The translations under genes were made by a program, and so were the position numbers. Of a DNA stretch of 64,000 bases, positions 46,964 to 56,757 are shown piece after piece. The stretch's first letter is position 1, and every line of letters starts with the position of its first letter. The DNA comes from Candidatus Zixiibacteriota bacterium. GTDB lineage: Bacteria > RBG-13-66-14 > B26-G2 > WVWN01. The stretch lies in contig JASFLY010000004.1 of the NCBI GenBank assembly GCA_050117845.1, forward strand, positions 96,001-160,000, given 5' to 3'. The notes below the pieces were generated by a model. That model made no database searches and was not told the origin of the DNA. It saw nothing but the letters and a program-made list of their open reading frames with translations.

Positions 46964-47036
46964 GCCCACTTAGCTCAGTAGGTAGAGCACATGCATGGTA
47001 AGCATGAGGTCGCCAGTTCGATCCTGGCAGTGGGCT
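46964..47036 (+). tRNA. tRNA-Thr (GGT)
   Basis: GCCCACT/AGTGGGC acceptor stem, CATGC-ATGGTAA-GCATG anticodon arm, GCCAG-TTCGATC-CTGGC T-arm; CCA not encoded. Confidence 0.96.
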
Positions 47037-47121
47037 AAGGCCTGTACATTAAATAGACCCCCCCCAATACCCGTGTCGGGCGTCCTTTTGGCCGCCCGGC
47101 ACATTTAATTTTACCGTTGAG

Positions 47122-47150
47122 TAAGCCGCCCCGAAGGGGCGGCTTATTTT
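47122..47150. terminator. Terminator between tRNA-Thr and convergent gene
   Basis: TAAGCCGCCCC-GAA-GGGGCGGCTTA-TTTT. Confidence 0.75.
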
Positions 47151-47166
47151 ATCCTCCTTGCCGGCT

Positions 47167-47847
47167 TTATCTCCCGGCAGACACGAAAACAAAGGGATAG
47201 ACCACCGTCGTTTCCCCTCCCGAGCGCTGGAACTTCCAGGTGCGGACGCGGGACAGCACGCCGGAGCGCAATTCGGCGTTGCCCACGGTGTCGTCCACGA
47301 CCTCCGCCGCGGTGACGCGGCCGTCGGGGCCGATGGTGAAGCGCACGGATATCTTGCCGCCCGGAAGGTTGGGGTTCTTCTTGAGGGCGTTGGTATACTC
47401 ATACTGAACACCCGAGAGGCGTTTGTTGATCGTCCCGTAAATCTGGTCGGGCGTGAGGCCCTTTCCGGACGCGGGCCGGGGCGTCACCTCGCGGGGCTTT
47501 TCGGTGGTGGTTTTGGGCGGGGTGGGCAGCCGGGCCGGCTCGACGCGGGGCTTCGTCTCCACCTCGGGCTCCTCGAAGACGATGGCCTCCTCCTCGGCCG
47601 AGGCCGCGGTCTCGGCGGTCTCCGGTTCGGGGGGCGGCGGTGGCGGTTCGGGGACCTCGGCCGCCGTCTCGGCGACGGCGACGGTCTCGGCCTTCGGCTC
47701 CTCGTCCGGGCCGCCGGGGCAGCCGCGGCCGAAGACCAGAGCGCCGATGACGGCGCCCCCCACGAAGGCTATCACGTAGCCGAGCCACTTGAAGCGGCGT
47801 TCCTTGTAGGCGTAAGCTCCGTCGGAATCGTAGTCGTTGTCGTACAT
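47167..47847 (-). CDS. TonB-like protein with AgmX/PglI-type C-terminal domain
   Basis: Single TM, Pro/Glu linker, YTNALKKNPNLPGGKISVRFTIGPDGRV..WKF..VVYPFVF. Confidence 0.8.
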   Translation of the reverse strand: MYDNDYDSDGAYAYKERRFKWLGYVIAFVGGAVIGALVFGRGCPGGPDEEPKAETVAVAETAAEVPEPPPPPPEPETAETAASAEEEAIVFEEPEVETKPRVEPARLPTPPKTTTEKPREVTPRPASGKGLTPDQIYGTINKRLSGVQYEYTNALKKNPNLPGGKISVRFTIGPDGRVTAAEVVDDTVGNAELRSGVLSRVRTWKFQRSGGETTVVYPFVFVSAGR

Positions 47848-47958
47848 GCCGGCCCCTATCGGTGGTTGAGGTTTACGTAAATTATAACGGCCGCCCCGCC
47901 GATATGCAAGGCGACCACAAAAAAAGCCGCCCGGGGGCGGCGGGGTTATTAGTTAAGG

Positions 47959-48350
47959 TTAAAAACCTCTTGCCCAGGTTAGTACGCGTTCTACGTCCTG
48001 AAATAACTCGTCCCCCGCCGGTTCTATATCGGGTTCTTCCAGCAACTCTACATAACGTCCTTCGACGGCGAAGCGCGTTAAAACCTCGGGAGGCGTACGC
48101 ATATCCGGCGTATCGATCCCCGCCGTTCTGAGGTCGTCGTATAAAACCTCAACGTTATGGGTGCGCTTGAGGCGCAATCCTTTAATAACCATCACGGCCT
48201 TAATCGCCTTCTCTATCGCCTGTTGGGCGTGGAACCTATGATGGGTCCGAGTTGGGTGGCGTCGCCGCGCATGGCCAACATCGCGCCGTAACCCATCTCC
48301 GCCTTGGCAAGAAGGGCGGCCGCCATCTCACGCAGGTTTTCATCCGGCAT
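47959..48350 (-). pseudogene. HEPN domain protein, frameshifted near 48235
   Basis: ATG 48350 overlaps the MNT 3' end and stops after 46 codons; HEPN motifs FHAQQAIEKAIKA, RTHN, LTRFAVEGRY lie in another frame; adding one base at ATA-GG-TTC restores I-G-F-H. Confidence 0.75.
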
Positions 48351-48654
48351 ATAATTCTACCCCGCCGGATACGGCTTCTTCGTATATTACGCCCGGGATA
48401 TCGCCGTAACGCGCCATTATCTCTTCGGTCGCGACGATTACGTCGACCGGCGTTCCCAGGCCCGTCAGGGCCCGTTGGATCTCAATCGCCAATTTCCGCC
48501 GCGACGCCGCCTCTTCCACGACGACGAGAATGTCGATATCGCTATCCTCGTCGGCTCCGCCCCGCGCCCGCGAGCCGAATAGGATTATCCGGGTCGGCGC
48601 CGTTAAGGCCCGTATCCTGTCCACGATTTCTTCCGCTGTTTTACGTTCGAGCAT
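48340..48654 (-). CDS. Minimal nucleotidyltransferase (MNT antitoxin-like)
   Basis: IILFGSRARG...DSDIDILVV, PVDVIV. Confidence 0.9.
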   Translation of the reverse strand: MLERKTAEEIVDRIRALTAPTRIILFGSRARGGADEDSDIDILVVVEEAASRRKLAIEIQRALTGLGTPVDVIVATEEIMARYGDIPGVIYEEAVSGGVELYAG

Positions 48655-48829
48655 TACGGCTTCCCTTCGGATAAATTATACCACGTAGGCGTTTAACGGG
48701 GCACCTTTTGTTACCTCCCCGCGGTGGGACGGGCCGGGTTTATAGGAGGCCGGGGCGCACAACAAAACGCCGGCCGCGAGGCCGGCGGCGATTTCCCGTC
48801 TAAGCATTCCCTTCCTCCCGCAACGTTTT

Positions 48830-49519
48830 CTACTCCTTCACCGTCCACAGCGCCGCGCCGCCCAGCGCGAAGGCCGCGGCCTGCGTCAACGTCTGGAAAA
48901 ACAGGCCGCCGTTGGCGAGCACCGGCATGTGCAGCGCGAAGCCGGCGAGCGACAACAGGAAAAAGAAGAACGTCAGAAGAAAGGCCCCCGTGGCCCACCG
49001 GGCCACGCGGCTCCCCGCCCGGAAGAAGGCCAACGCCCACAGCAGGAACCAGACGTAGGTCACGAAGATCATCGGCATGCTGACGGCCTCGGCCATCAGG
49101 TTGAACAGCAGCACCACGTCGCCCGGCGGTACCGCCGCCAGCAAGGCCCCTTCCTCCCCGGCGGCGGCGAGGCGGAACGCGGTGGCCTCCAGAAGGTGGC
49201 CGACGAGGCTCAGCACCAGCGCGAGCGCTCCGACGGCCAGGCCGCCCCACGCAAGGCCCGGCGTCCGGCGGCCCAGGTAGACGCCGAAGGCCGGCAGGGC
49301 CGCGGCCAACAGGAACCAGGCCACTATCTCGAGCTGCATCGCGAGGCCCGCGGCCCGGCTGCCGTAGATCTCGAAGAGCTTGGTCGCCGTGGGCGTCGCT
49401 ATCTCGTAGACCTCGGGCCCCACGCCGACGGCGATGAGGACCCAGCTCGTAAGTAAAAGGCCGGCGTAGGCAATCGCCAAGCCGCCGGCCCATTTAAAAT
49501 AAGTGCGATAATGGTCCAT
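48830..49519 (-). CDS. Polytopic membrane protein, unknown function
   Basis: About six hydrophobic segments; follows the operon by 14 bp; hairpin with T tract at 48763-48790. Confidence 0.65.
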   Translation of the reverse strand: MDHYRTYFKWAGGLAIAYAGLLLTSWVLIAVGVGPEVYEIATPTATKLFEIYGSRAAGLAMQLEIVAWFLLAAALPAFGVYLGRRTPGLAWGGLAVGALALVLSLVGHLLEATAFRLAAAGEEGALLAAVPPGDVVLLFNLMAEAVSMPMIFVTYVWFLLWALAFFRAGSRVARWATGAFLLTFFFFLLSLAGFALHMPVLANGGLFFQTLTQAAAFALGGAALWTVKE

Positions 49520-49533
49520 ATTCTCGCTTTACG

Positions 49534-50244
49534 TCAACTTATGATACCCAGCCAGTCGCGCAGGAGGAACTGCAGGCGGCCGATAAGCAGGCTCACGCGC
49601 GCCATGACGGTGTAGCCGAAGGAGGCGCCGAAGCCGATCATTAAAAAGACGATGCCTATCTTCGCGACGCCGCCGACGAAGCCCTTGTGGTCGGTGGAGA
49701 AGAAGAAGTAGGTCAGCGTGCAAATAACGCCGATTATCATCAACGGCCCCGAGATGGCCAGGACGATACTACCCCAGCCCGGGTGGCTGAAGAAGTTGCC
49801 GAAGAGGGCCAGCGAGAAAACCGGGTCCCCCGCTTTCATGAAGGTCCCGTATATCTGGGCGAGGATGTAAGCTTGCATGTATCCCGTTATGACGAGGCCC
49901 TGGAACGCGCCGAAGTAGAAGCCGATGGCCCAGCGGCTCATCCAGGCGATTTTCGGAATCAACCTCGTCAGGATGAGGAGGCCCAGAATCCCCGGAATCA
50001 GCGCCGCGAGGTCTCCGGTGAAGCCGCCGCCGGAGAAGAGCGTCGAGAAGCCGTTCTTGAGCGGTGTCAGGAGGTTGGGTACGACCAGGTTCCAGAAATA
50101 TATGACGAAGAAGTACCCGGCCGAGACGCCTACCAGCAAGTGCTCCGCGAATTTATAGAACGGGTTGTCCTTGTAAAGGAACGAGTAGATGCAGAGCGTC
50201 AGAATCGCGGCTACCCAGATCCAAATATCGGTCGATATATGCAT
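49534..50244 (-). CDS. Module-2 protein D: polytopic membrane protein
   Basis: LTLCIYSFLYKDNPFYKFAE, FLMIGFGASFGYTVMARVSLLIGR; paralog of 57164-57883. Confidence 0.85.
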   Translation of the reverse strand: MHISTDIWIWVAAILTLCIYSFLYKDNPFYKFAEHLLVGVSAGYFFVIYFWNLVVPNLLTPLKNGFSTLFSGGGFTGDLAALIPGILGLLILTRLIPKIAWMSRWAIGFYFGAFQGLVITGYMQAYILAQIYGTFMKAGDPVFSLALFGNFFSHPGWGSIVLAISGPLMIIGVICTLTYFFFSTDHKGFVGGVAKIGIVFLMIGFGASFGYTVMARVSLLIGRLQFLLRDWLGIIS

Positions 50245-50280
50245 AACATATCCTCCGCGCGCGAAGGCGAAAGGCCGCCC

Positions 50281-51114
50281 TTACGCCATCTCTCGTTTCT
50301 TCGCCCGATGGGAGAAGAAGTAGGCGACGTTGCCAAGCAGTATCACGAAGACCACGAAAAGATGGATGATCGTCTGCGCGTCCATCCCCTTGAGGCCGTC
50401 GTCCGGCCGGTTTATCAATTTTTCATACTCGGCCGCGCCCTTCAGGCCGCCGATGAGGCCGACGAGTTGGCCGGTTTGGAGATAAGGATAGTAATCCGCG
50501 GCCATAACCGCGGTAACGCCGGCGGCTACCTCTTGACCGTAACGCTCGTGCGCGTACGCCACCCACGCGTCGGGGAAGGTAGAGCCCGACATAGTGATAA
50601 CGAGGCCGATGTCGTTGTAATTGTTTACGTCTTTCATCAGGGGGATGTCGTCGAGAGGCGTGTTGAAGTAATCTGCCGGGTAACTGACGTCGAAATCCTG
50701 CCCCATCGACAATATTACCGCGGACGACCCGACTTTATAGCCCAGGAAGACGTAGTCTTCGCCGTATTCCGCGCCCATTTCCTTCGATACCCGGTCGGAG
50801 ATCTCTAGCGCGAGACCCGGCCCGCCCGGGTGGAGGACCGTAATGATGACCGGCAGATCCCGGGAGAAACAGTGCCGTAGGATCGCGGTGGTCATCGGCG
50901 ACAACTCGGGTTGGGTGGAGGGGTCGTAATCCACCGAGACTATCACCGGCGTTCCCGGCGGCAATTCCTCGATGGCGTTATAAACGTTCTCGACCGGGGG
51001 GGACGTCGTCACCGCGAGGCCGAGCGGCCAGACGAGCGGGATGATGACGCCCAACGCTACGAAAATAAAAATATAGCGGCGGTCGATATGTAAAAATCTT
51101 TCGTACAGGTTCAT
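50281..51114 (-). CDS. Module-2 protein C: N- and C-terminal TM with central soluble domain
   Basis: IDRR.IF, DYDP, YGEDYVFLGYK, YPYLQTGQL.GL.GGLKGAAEYE, MDAQ; paralog of 57924-58784. Confidence 0.85.
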   Translation of the reverse strand: MNLYERFLHIDRRYIFIFVALGVIIPLVWPLGLAVTTSPPVENVYNAIEELPPGTPVIVSVDYDPSTQPELSPMTTAILRHCFSRDLPVIITVLHPGGPGLALEISDRVSKEMGAEYGEDYVFLGYKVGSSAVILSMGQDFDVSYPADYFNTPLDDIPLMKDVNNYNDIGLVITMSGSTFPDAWVAYAHERYGQEVAAGVTAVMAADYYPYLQTGQLVGLIGGLKGAAEYEKLINRPDDGLKGMDAQTIIHLFVVFVILLGNVAYFFSHRAKKREMA

Positions 51115-51147
51115 CGCAAAACCTCCGCGCGCGGAGCCGACGCCATT

Positions 51148-51771
51148 TTAGTCGCCGCCGCCCAACCACGAGCGTTCGATACCCAGGATGATTTTCAACG
51201 CCGTCGATATGGCGCCAAGGCCGATGCCGATCATGATGCCACGTTTGGCCGCCATGTTCGGATAGTCCAATATCCACTCCGCCAGGTCCGGCAGCCACTG
51301 GCCCACGATACCCTCCAGCGGCACCCGTCCCAACATCACGATGACGGCGGCGATGAGAAGCAGCGTCGCTTCCAGCGTCCGGGCCCGGAAGGTCCGGAAC
51401 GCCGCCGACGCGATGTAGAACGCAAGGAGCGAGAACATCGTCGCCTGCATCGGGATCTGGACGTAATTGTACAGGACCATGAACGGACTGTCGGCGCCGA
51501 TGCCCCACCCGAACCCCGTCACCAGCGAGGCCGAAATACCGAATAGCGCGACGATGCTGTACAGCCAGTCGCGCCGCCGGTGTTGGACCTTCTGAATGTG
51601 GAGTTTGATGAGGTTACCGATGCCCAGTATCATGGCGAATGTGAGCACGATAATGAGCCACTTCAACATGTTGTCGAAGAGCCATTGCGAGTAGCGGTGC
51701 GGGATGAAGAACTGCACCGCCATTATCAGGCCCATTATAAAACAAATCGCGAGAGGTAATTCCCTACGCAT
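51148..51771 (-). CDS. Module-2 protein B: polytopic membrane protein
   Basis: MRRELP, TMFSLLAFYIASAAFRTFRART, LKIILGIERSWLG; paralog of 58827-59462. Confidence 0.85.
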   Translation of the reverse strand: MRRELPLAICFIMGLIMAVQFFIPHRYSQWLFDNMLKWLIIVLTFAMILGIGNLIKLHIQKVQHRRRDWLYSIVALFGISASLVTGFGWGIGADSPFMVLYNYVQIPMQATMFSLLAFYIASAAFRTFRARTLEATLLLIAAVIVMLGRVPLEGIVGQWLPDLAEWILDYPNMAAKRGIMIGIGLGAISTALKIILGIERSWLGGGD

Positions 51772-51789
51772 AATTGCCTCCGGACACGG

Positions 51790-52926
51790 CTAACTCGCCG
51801 AAGTCTCGAACAGTTTCGCGAACCACAGGCCGAGGTCGGTTGAGATAATTAGGAATAAGGTGCCGACTATCAGCGCGAGCATAATAGCGGCCTTCGCCCA
51901 GTCCTGCCCCTTCAGGCTCCCCAGGAACAGAGGGTCCCGGCCCAGGTACGCCGTCGCGGCGTAAAGCTCCTCGCCCATGAGGGTGTAGTCGCAGGCCGTG
52001 ATGAAGAAGGGCAGCTGGGTGACGCGGTCCGTTCCCGCTATCTGGATGGCGCCGGTCTCCGCGCCGGTTTCCGCCAGGATGAGCGATTCCGCGTAGAACG
52101 CGCCCATGTAGAAGTTGGTCGCCGGCTTTTCGCGGAGCATAATGCCGTCCACCGCCGCCACGTAACCGAACTGCGACTGCGTGACGAAGAAGACCGAGTC
52201 GTCGTCGAAGGCGTCCGGCTTGCCCATTTCGGTGTACGCCTGCTTGACCATTTCCTTCTCGACCATCATGACGATGGGGTCGTAGCAGGGGACGATGAGC
52301 GGCGTTTCGTATTCCGCCGTCTTGCGGGCGACTTTCGCCAGGATCGTCATCGCGGCGATAGTCGATATCTCCGAGGCGTCGGCGAGGCCCGACACGAAGA
52401 GAATCGGCTTGCCCATTTCCGTCGCCCGGCCTATCGCCTCGTCCACCGCTTCCAGGCCGGCTATCTTGCGCACGAAGAGCTCCGCCCCGCCCTTGGCCCG
52501 GAAAATAAAGAATATTATAACGAAACTCACGAAGAGGACGCCGGCCAGGGCGTTCGTCCGGGCGGTATTGAACCACTGGCCGGAGGCCTTGGTCTCGGCG
52601 GTGCCCAGGACCTCGCCGTCCGCCTTTACGCGGTACTCGTACAGGACGCCGTCCTCGACCCCTTCGTCCCGGAACGCGAGTTCGCCGACTACGTCCTCGG
52701 CGACGGCCGTAAATTCCTTCTCGCCCGCGGCTCGGCGTTCGACCGTGTAACCCTTGAAGCCGTCTTCCTTTTCGGCGGGGGAGGGTTGCCACGCGACGTT
52801 AATAACGCCGCCGGCGTCGTTGGGCGCGTCGTGCGCTTCGACCGCGGCGCCGCCCTCCTCGGCCGCGGCGAACGCCCCGGCCGGAACGAGGAGCGCTATC
52901 AGCAATAAGCCGTGTAGTATTCTCAT
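51790..52926 (-). CDS. Module-2 protein A: signal peptide + Fn3-like domain + TM + conserved domain (DUF6754-like)
   Basis: DAPNDAGGVI.V.W; RKIAGLEAVDEAIGRATEMGKP, FYAESLILAETG, QLPFFITACDYTLMGEEL. Confidence 0.85.
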   Translation of the reverse strand: MRILHGLLLIALLVPAGAFAAAEEGGAAVEAHDAPNDAGGVINVAWQPSPAEKEDGFKGYTVERRAAGEKEFTAVAEDVVGELAFRDEGVEDGVLYEYRVKADGEVLGTAETKASGQWFNTARTNALAGVLFVSFVIIFFIFRAKGGAELFVRKIAGLEAVDEAIGRATEMGKPILFVSGLADASEISTIAAMTILAKVARKTAEYETPLIVPCYDPIVMMVEKEMVKQAYTEMGKPDAFDDDSVFFVTQSQFGYVAAVDGIMLREKPATNFYMGAFYAESLILAETGAETGAIQIAGTDRVTQLPFFITACDYTLMGEELYAATAYLGRDPLFLGSLKGQDWAKAAIMLALIVGTLFLIISTDLGLWFAKLFETSAS

Positions 52927-52950
52927 AAGCGTACCTTCCAAGAAAGGAGT

Positions 52951-54087
52951 TTAACCCCGGCCCGACTCGATGAGTTCCACGTTGGCGCGCGGGATGATAT
53001 CCTCGCCCCCGTCGTCGAATTTCACGCCGAGTACGCGGACCTTGGCTTCCGTTTCCAAAACTTGGAGTTCCACGGGCAGGGACGTAACTTCGCCCAATTT
53101 CCCGAAATAGGGGTCCCGGATGACGCGGACCCGCGAACCGGTTTCCAGGTTGGACCCGCCGCCCTCCTCCACGCCCACCTTGGCCATGACCTTGCCGGGG
53201 CGCGGGATGATAATCTCCGGCCGGATGACGCCCGCGCGAATCTGCGTGGCGCCGTTGATGGAGGCCAGCATTCCCTCGCACGATTTTAAAAGATCGAAGG
53301 TGGCCTGGGCCATCGGCATGGCGCCGAAGCCCTCCGTCACGATGAGGGTGATGCCCAGATTCTCGTGGCCGGTTATGGCGACGCCCAGGTCGAAGCCCAG
53401 GAAATCACGGAGGTCGCCGTCGTGGAAGCCGCCGGCGATGAAGCCCACCGCGCCTATTTCGATGGCGCGCTTGAGGGCCGCGGCGCTGGCCAGACTGCCG
53501 CCCAGGATGACCTGATCCTTGCATTCCGGGCCGATGTCCTCGGGCGTGAGTACGTCCGACGGAGAGCCGGCGACGGTCTTCATCTTGCCGTGGGCCTCGC
53601 CGCCGATGCCGAAGATGCCCTGCACGAAGGTGCCGACGCACTCCACGTCCACGCCCTCGTTGCCGATGACGTCGACGACCTCGCCCTCGATGTAGGCCGT
53701 GACGGAAACCTCCAGCGGCGGTTCCCGCACGATGACCTGGCCCGTTACGTCCGATACCGTTTCTATCGTCCCGGCGACGGGGGACGTCGCCTTGGACGTG
53801 AAGAGGCCGAAGAGCTGTTTCATCTGGGCGATGACCTGGTTCTCGTCGACCTTGTCGTTCTCCTTGAGGAGCATGTATTTGGGGACGTCCTCGGGGGGCA
53901 TGCCGAGCTTGTTAGCGACGTTCACCGTCTCGACGTTGCCGGGCAAAAAGGTCCGGGCCGCGATGTCGAGCGCCGTGACCTTGTCGCCTTTGTTCACGAG
54001 GACCTCGCCCGCGAGGGGGAGGCGGCGCTGCTTGCGCACCAGCGCGGTCTCTACTACTTTTAAGCCGGGGGTATAGGCGTGGGCCAT
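52951..54087 (-). CDS. Conserved cytoplasmic protein with barrel-sandwich-hybrid-like repeats and C-terminal KOW motif
   Basis: MAHAYTPGL; GEVLVNKGDKV and ENDKVDENQVIA..SPVAGTI; GSRVRVIRDPYFGKLGEV. Confidence 0.8.
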   Translation of the reverse strand: MAHAYTPGLKVVETALVRKQRRLPLAGEVLVNKGDKVTALDIAARTFLPGNVETVNVANKLGMPPEDVPKYMLLKENDKVDENQVIAQMKQLFGLFTSKATSPVAGTIETVSDVTGQVIVREPPLEVSVTAYIEGEVVDVIGNEGVDVECVGTFVQGIFGIGGEAHGKMKTVAGSPSDVLTPEDIGPECKDQVILGGSLASAAALKRAIEIGAVGFIAGGFHDGDLRDFLGFDLGVAITGHENLGITLIVTEGFGAMPMAQATFDLLKSCEGMLASINGATQIRAGVIRPEIIIPRPGKVMAKVGVEEGGGSNLETGSRVRVIRDPYFGKLGEVTSLPVELQVLETEAKVRVLGVKFDDGGEDIIPRANVELIESGRG

Positions 54088-54103
54088 GGGTTACTCCTGG
54101 ATA

Positions 54104-54811
54104 TTATCTCGGTTTGGCCTCCGCGGCCGTCGTCAACTTATACGTCAATTTCCCGAGCAACGTTTTGCCGGACCATTTGACCAGCGAACCGTCCTCGACG
54201 AACCAATACGTGGTGTCGCCCAGGCCGCCCTTGGCGGCGATGACCTTGGCCTCCACGCTCTCGCCCGCGGCGTCCACGGTCTGGTCCGCGACGTATTCCA
54301 ATTTCGTTTTATGGACCTTCCCGGTGTCGAGGTCTACGGCCCGGACTTCGGTCTTCCCGCCGGGCGCGGTCAGGTTTTCCAGCATTTCCGAGGCCTCAAC
54401 GATGCCGAATTCCTCGGCCGGAACGTCCACGGTTTCTTCCTTGTCGCCTTTGGTTATAACTATGCTGAAGCCATCCGCGGTGCGGGTGGCTTTGGCCTGC
54501 TTGGTCTTGCCCTTCTCCGTAACGGTGGAGGAGTAGTACACGGTCTTGCCGCCGCTTTTGTACCGGTCCACCGTGAGTTTCCTGGTGAACAAGTTCGCCT
54601 TGTCGCGGTGGGTCTCGGTCACCTCGGTGAAGCGCTGGACGACGGTATTGCCCAGCGTGGCGCTGCTCTCGACCACGTGGCAGTAGCCGACGTGCTTGTC
54701 GCCCTCGTAGACGGCGTACCACCAGTCGGCGGCGGCCGGCGCCGCCACCGCCCCTGCCAAAACCAGGGCCGCGAGTACGGTCATTCGCAGATTACCGACT
54801 CGAGAAGTCAT
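54104..54811 (-). CDS. Secreted beta-rich hypothetical protein inside the operon
   Basis: Signal peptide ending APAAA-D; Thr/Lys/Val-rich strands; alternative start at 54784. Confidence 0.7.
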   Translation of the reverse strand: MTSRVGNLRMTVLAALVLAGAVAAPAAADWWYAVYEGDKHVGYCHVVESSATLGNTVVQRFTEVTETHRDKANLFTRKLTVDRYKSGGKTVYYSSTVTEKGKTKQAKATRTADGFSIVITKGDKEETVDVPAEEFGIVEASEMLENLTAPGGKTEVRAVDLDTGKVHKTKLEYVADQTVDAAGESVEAKVIAAKGGLGDTTYWFVEDGSLVKWSGKTLLGKLTYKLTTAAEAKPR

Positions 54812-54893
54812 GCGTATGCTCCCTTCGCTTCCCTCCGGGCGCGGCCTCTCGGGCCGACCCGCCGGGACCAGCGTTCGGGTATGAATTTATCCC

Positions 54894-56708
54894 TTAATCG
54901 CCGTAGCCGGGGTAAGCGCCCAGGGCGCTCAACCACCGGCCGAGCGCTTCGACGCGCGCCGTCTCGTCCTCGGGCAACTCGAGAGGCCGGCCGCGGCAGT
55001 CCACGATGACGCCGACGGAGCCGCCCTCTATCTCGACCTCGCGCGCCTGACCCTTGCCTTCGCCGATGTCGAAGGGGCGCACCGGGTCCAGTTTGACCTT
55101 TATCTTCTCACCTACGCCGAGCGGCAGAAGCGCCATCTCGCCGTACTTGATTTCCTCTTCGATGTGGCCTTTGCCGGGCCATTCGCCCGAGATGCGCAGG
55201 CAGGCCTGGCCCTTCTTGCCGTTGCCTATAGCCGCGATGCACGAGCCCAGCCGCACCAGGCAGTCGCGCTCGAAGACGTGGGTAGCGGCCTCGGGCATGA
55301 CGGTGGAGAGGACGCCGAGCTGCGGCATCATGAATATCGAGTCGACGGCGAGGAAGGTCACGGCTTCCGGCCGGAAGCCGTCTATAAGCATCATCGCCGC
55401 CTGGACCCGCCGCGGCGCGTGGGACAGGACGCCGCCGGAACCCACCAGGATGTCCAGCGTCAACATATTGACGAGCGTCTCGCCGGTCATCGTCTGGCTG
55501 AAGGCGTCCGAAATCGTCCGCTCCTGCTGAATGCCCTTCAGGCCTACGGCCAGCTCCTTGTGCTGGACGAAGGCGAGCCGCAGGGCCTCGCGGGCGATGG
55601 CCTGTTCGACTATGAGTTCGGTGCGGGTTTGCGGAATGGTCGTGGGCCGGATCATCTTGTTGCGGATGCGGTCCCGCAGGGCGCGCTCGTCCATTTCCGA
55701 TTTGGGGAAGGGGACCCAGCGGATGATATCCGGCAGGCCGGCCTCGGCCAGGACGTTCGAGATGGAGTAGGACATCCCCAGGTTGGCCGAGACGGTCCGG
55801 TTGAAGACGTCCGAGAATACGGAGAAGATATCCGTGGTGGCGCCGCCGATGTCGACGCCGATGACCTCGACGCCGTCGCGTTTGGCGATGGTCTGGATGA
55901 TGGCTCCCACCGCCGCCGGCGTGGGCATTATGGGCACGGCGGTCCAGGACATGAGCTTGGAGTAGCCCGGTGCCTGCGCCATGACGTGCTCCATAAACAG
56001 GTTATGGATCTCGTGGCGGGCGGGCCCCAGGTTCTCGCGCTCCAGCACCGGCCGGATGTTGTCGACGAGGTAGAGCGAGGTTTTATCGCCCAGCGTCCCC
56101 TCGATGTTCCCGCGGGCGTCCTTGTTACCGGCGTATATGACCGGGAGCTGGTACCCGGCGCCGAAGCGGGGCCGCGGGTCCGCGGCGCCTATGAGCTCCG
56201 CCAGCTCGACGACGTGGCTTATCGTGCCGCCGTCGATGCCGCCCGAGAGGAGGATCATGTCGGGCCGGAGGCGCCGGATGGCCTCTATCTTCTCGTGGGC
56301 CAGCCGGCCGTCGTTCGACGCCAGGACGTCCATGACGATGGCCCCGGCGCCGAGGGCGGCGCGCTGGGCCGACTCGCCCGTCATCGACTTGACGACGCCG
56401 GCCACCATCATCTGGAGGCCGCCGCCGGCCGACGACGTGGACATGTAAATATCGGTCCCGTCGGAGCCGCTTTCCGAGACGTACACCTTGTCGTCGGCGA
56501 TGAGCTTGCGCTTCGCCAGCTCCTCGACTTCGCCCACGGCGTTGAGCACGCCCCGGGTAACGTCCTCGGCGGGTTTTTCGACGGTGGTAGGGGCTTCGCC
56601 CCTGACTTTGAGACGGAATTCGTCGCCTTCCTTCTGGATGAGGATGGCCTTGGTCGTGGTGCTGCCACAGTCCGTGGCTACGATGGTCTTTACGTTGGAA
56701 ACGTCCAT
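54894..56708 (-). CDS. GlmL/MutL (glutamate mutase L)-like ASKHA-fold ATPase
   Basis: Phosphate-1 DCGSTTTKA, SSAGGGL, LSGGIDGG, MPTP, phosphate-2 DIGGATTD, RTVSANLGMSYS, GSGGVLSHAP. Confidence 0.88.
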   Translation of the reverse strand: MDVSNVKTIVATDCGSTTTKAILIQKEGDEFRLKVRGEAPTTVEKPAEDVTRGVLNAVGEVEELAKRKLIADDKVYVSESGSDGTDIYMSTSSAGGGLQMMVAGVVKSMTGESAQRAALGAGAIVMDVLASNDGRLAHEKIEAIRRLRPDMILLSGGIDGGTISHVVELAELIGAADPRPRFGAGYQLPVIYAGNKDARGNIEGTLGDKTSLYLVDNIRPVLERENLGPARHEIHNLFMEHVMAQAPGYSKLMSWTAVPIMPTPAAVGAIIQTIAKRDGVEVIGVDIGGATTDIFSVFSDVFNRTVSANLGMSYSISNVLAEAGLPDIIRWVPFPKSEMDERALRDRIRNKMIRPTTIPQTRTELIVEQAIAREALRLAFVQHKELAVGLKGIQQERTISDAFSQTMTGETLVNMLTLDILVGSGGVLSHAPRRVQAAMMLIDGFRPEAVTFLAVDSIFMMPQLGVLSTVMPEAATHVFERDCLVRLGSCIAAIGNGKKGQACLRISGEWPGKGHIEEEIKYGEMALLPLGVGEKIKVKLDPVRPFDIGEGKGQAREVEIEGGSVGVIVDCRGRPLELPEDETARVEALGRWLSALGAYPGYGD

Positions 56709-56757
56709 ATCTCCGCTAAGGTAATGGGGTGCCGGGAAGCCGGGCGGCTAATTCCGC

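Noticed and set aside
46964..48700. tRNA-Thr-anchored genomic island or prophage
   Set aside because: No integrase and no duplicated tRNA 3' end (att) seen; only an MNT-HEPN pair.
54104..54160. Possible C-terminal tag in the operon's secreted protein (TLLGKLTYKL)
   Set aside because: Lacks P-x-S and LF, and is not at the terminus.
54894..56708. Functional glutamate mutase locus or DNA-repair MutL
   Set aside because: No mutase subunits nearby; the motifs are ASKHA-type, not the GHKL ATPase of mismatch-repair MutL.
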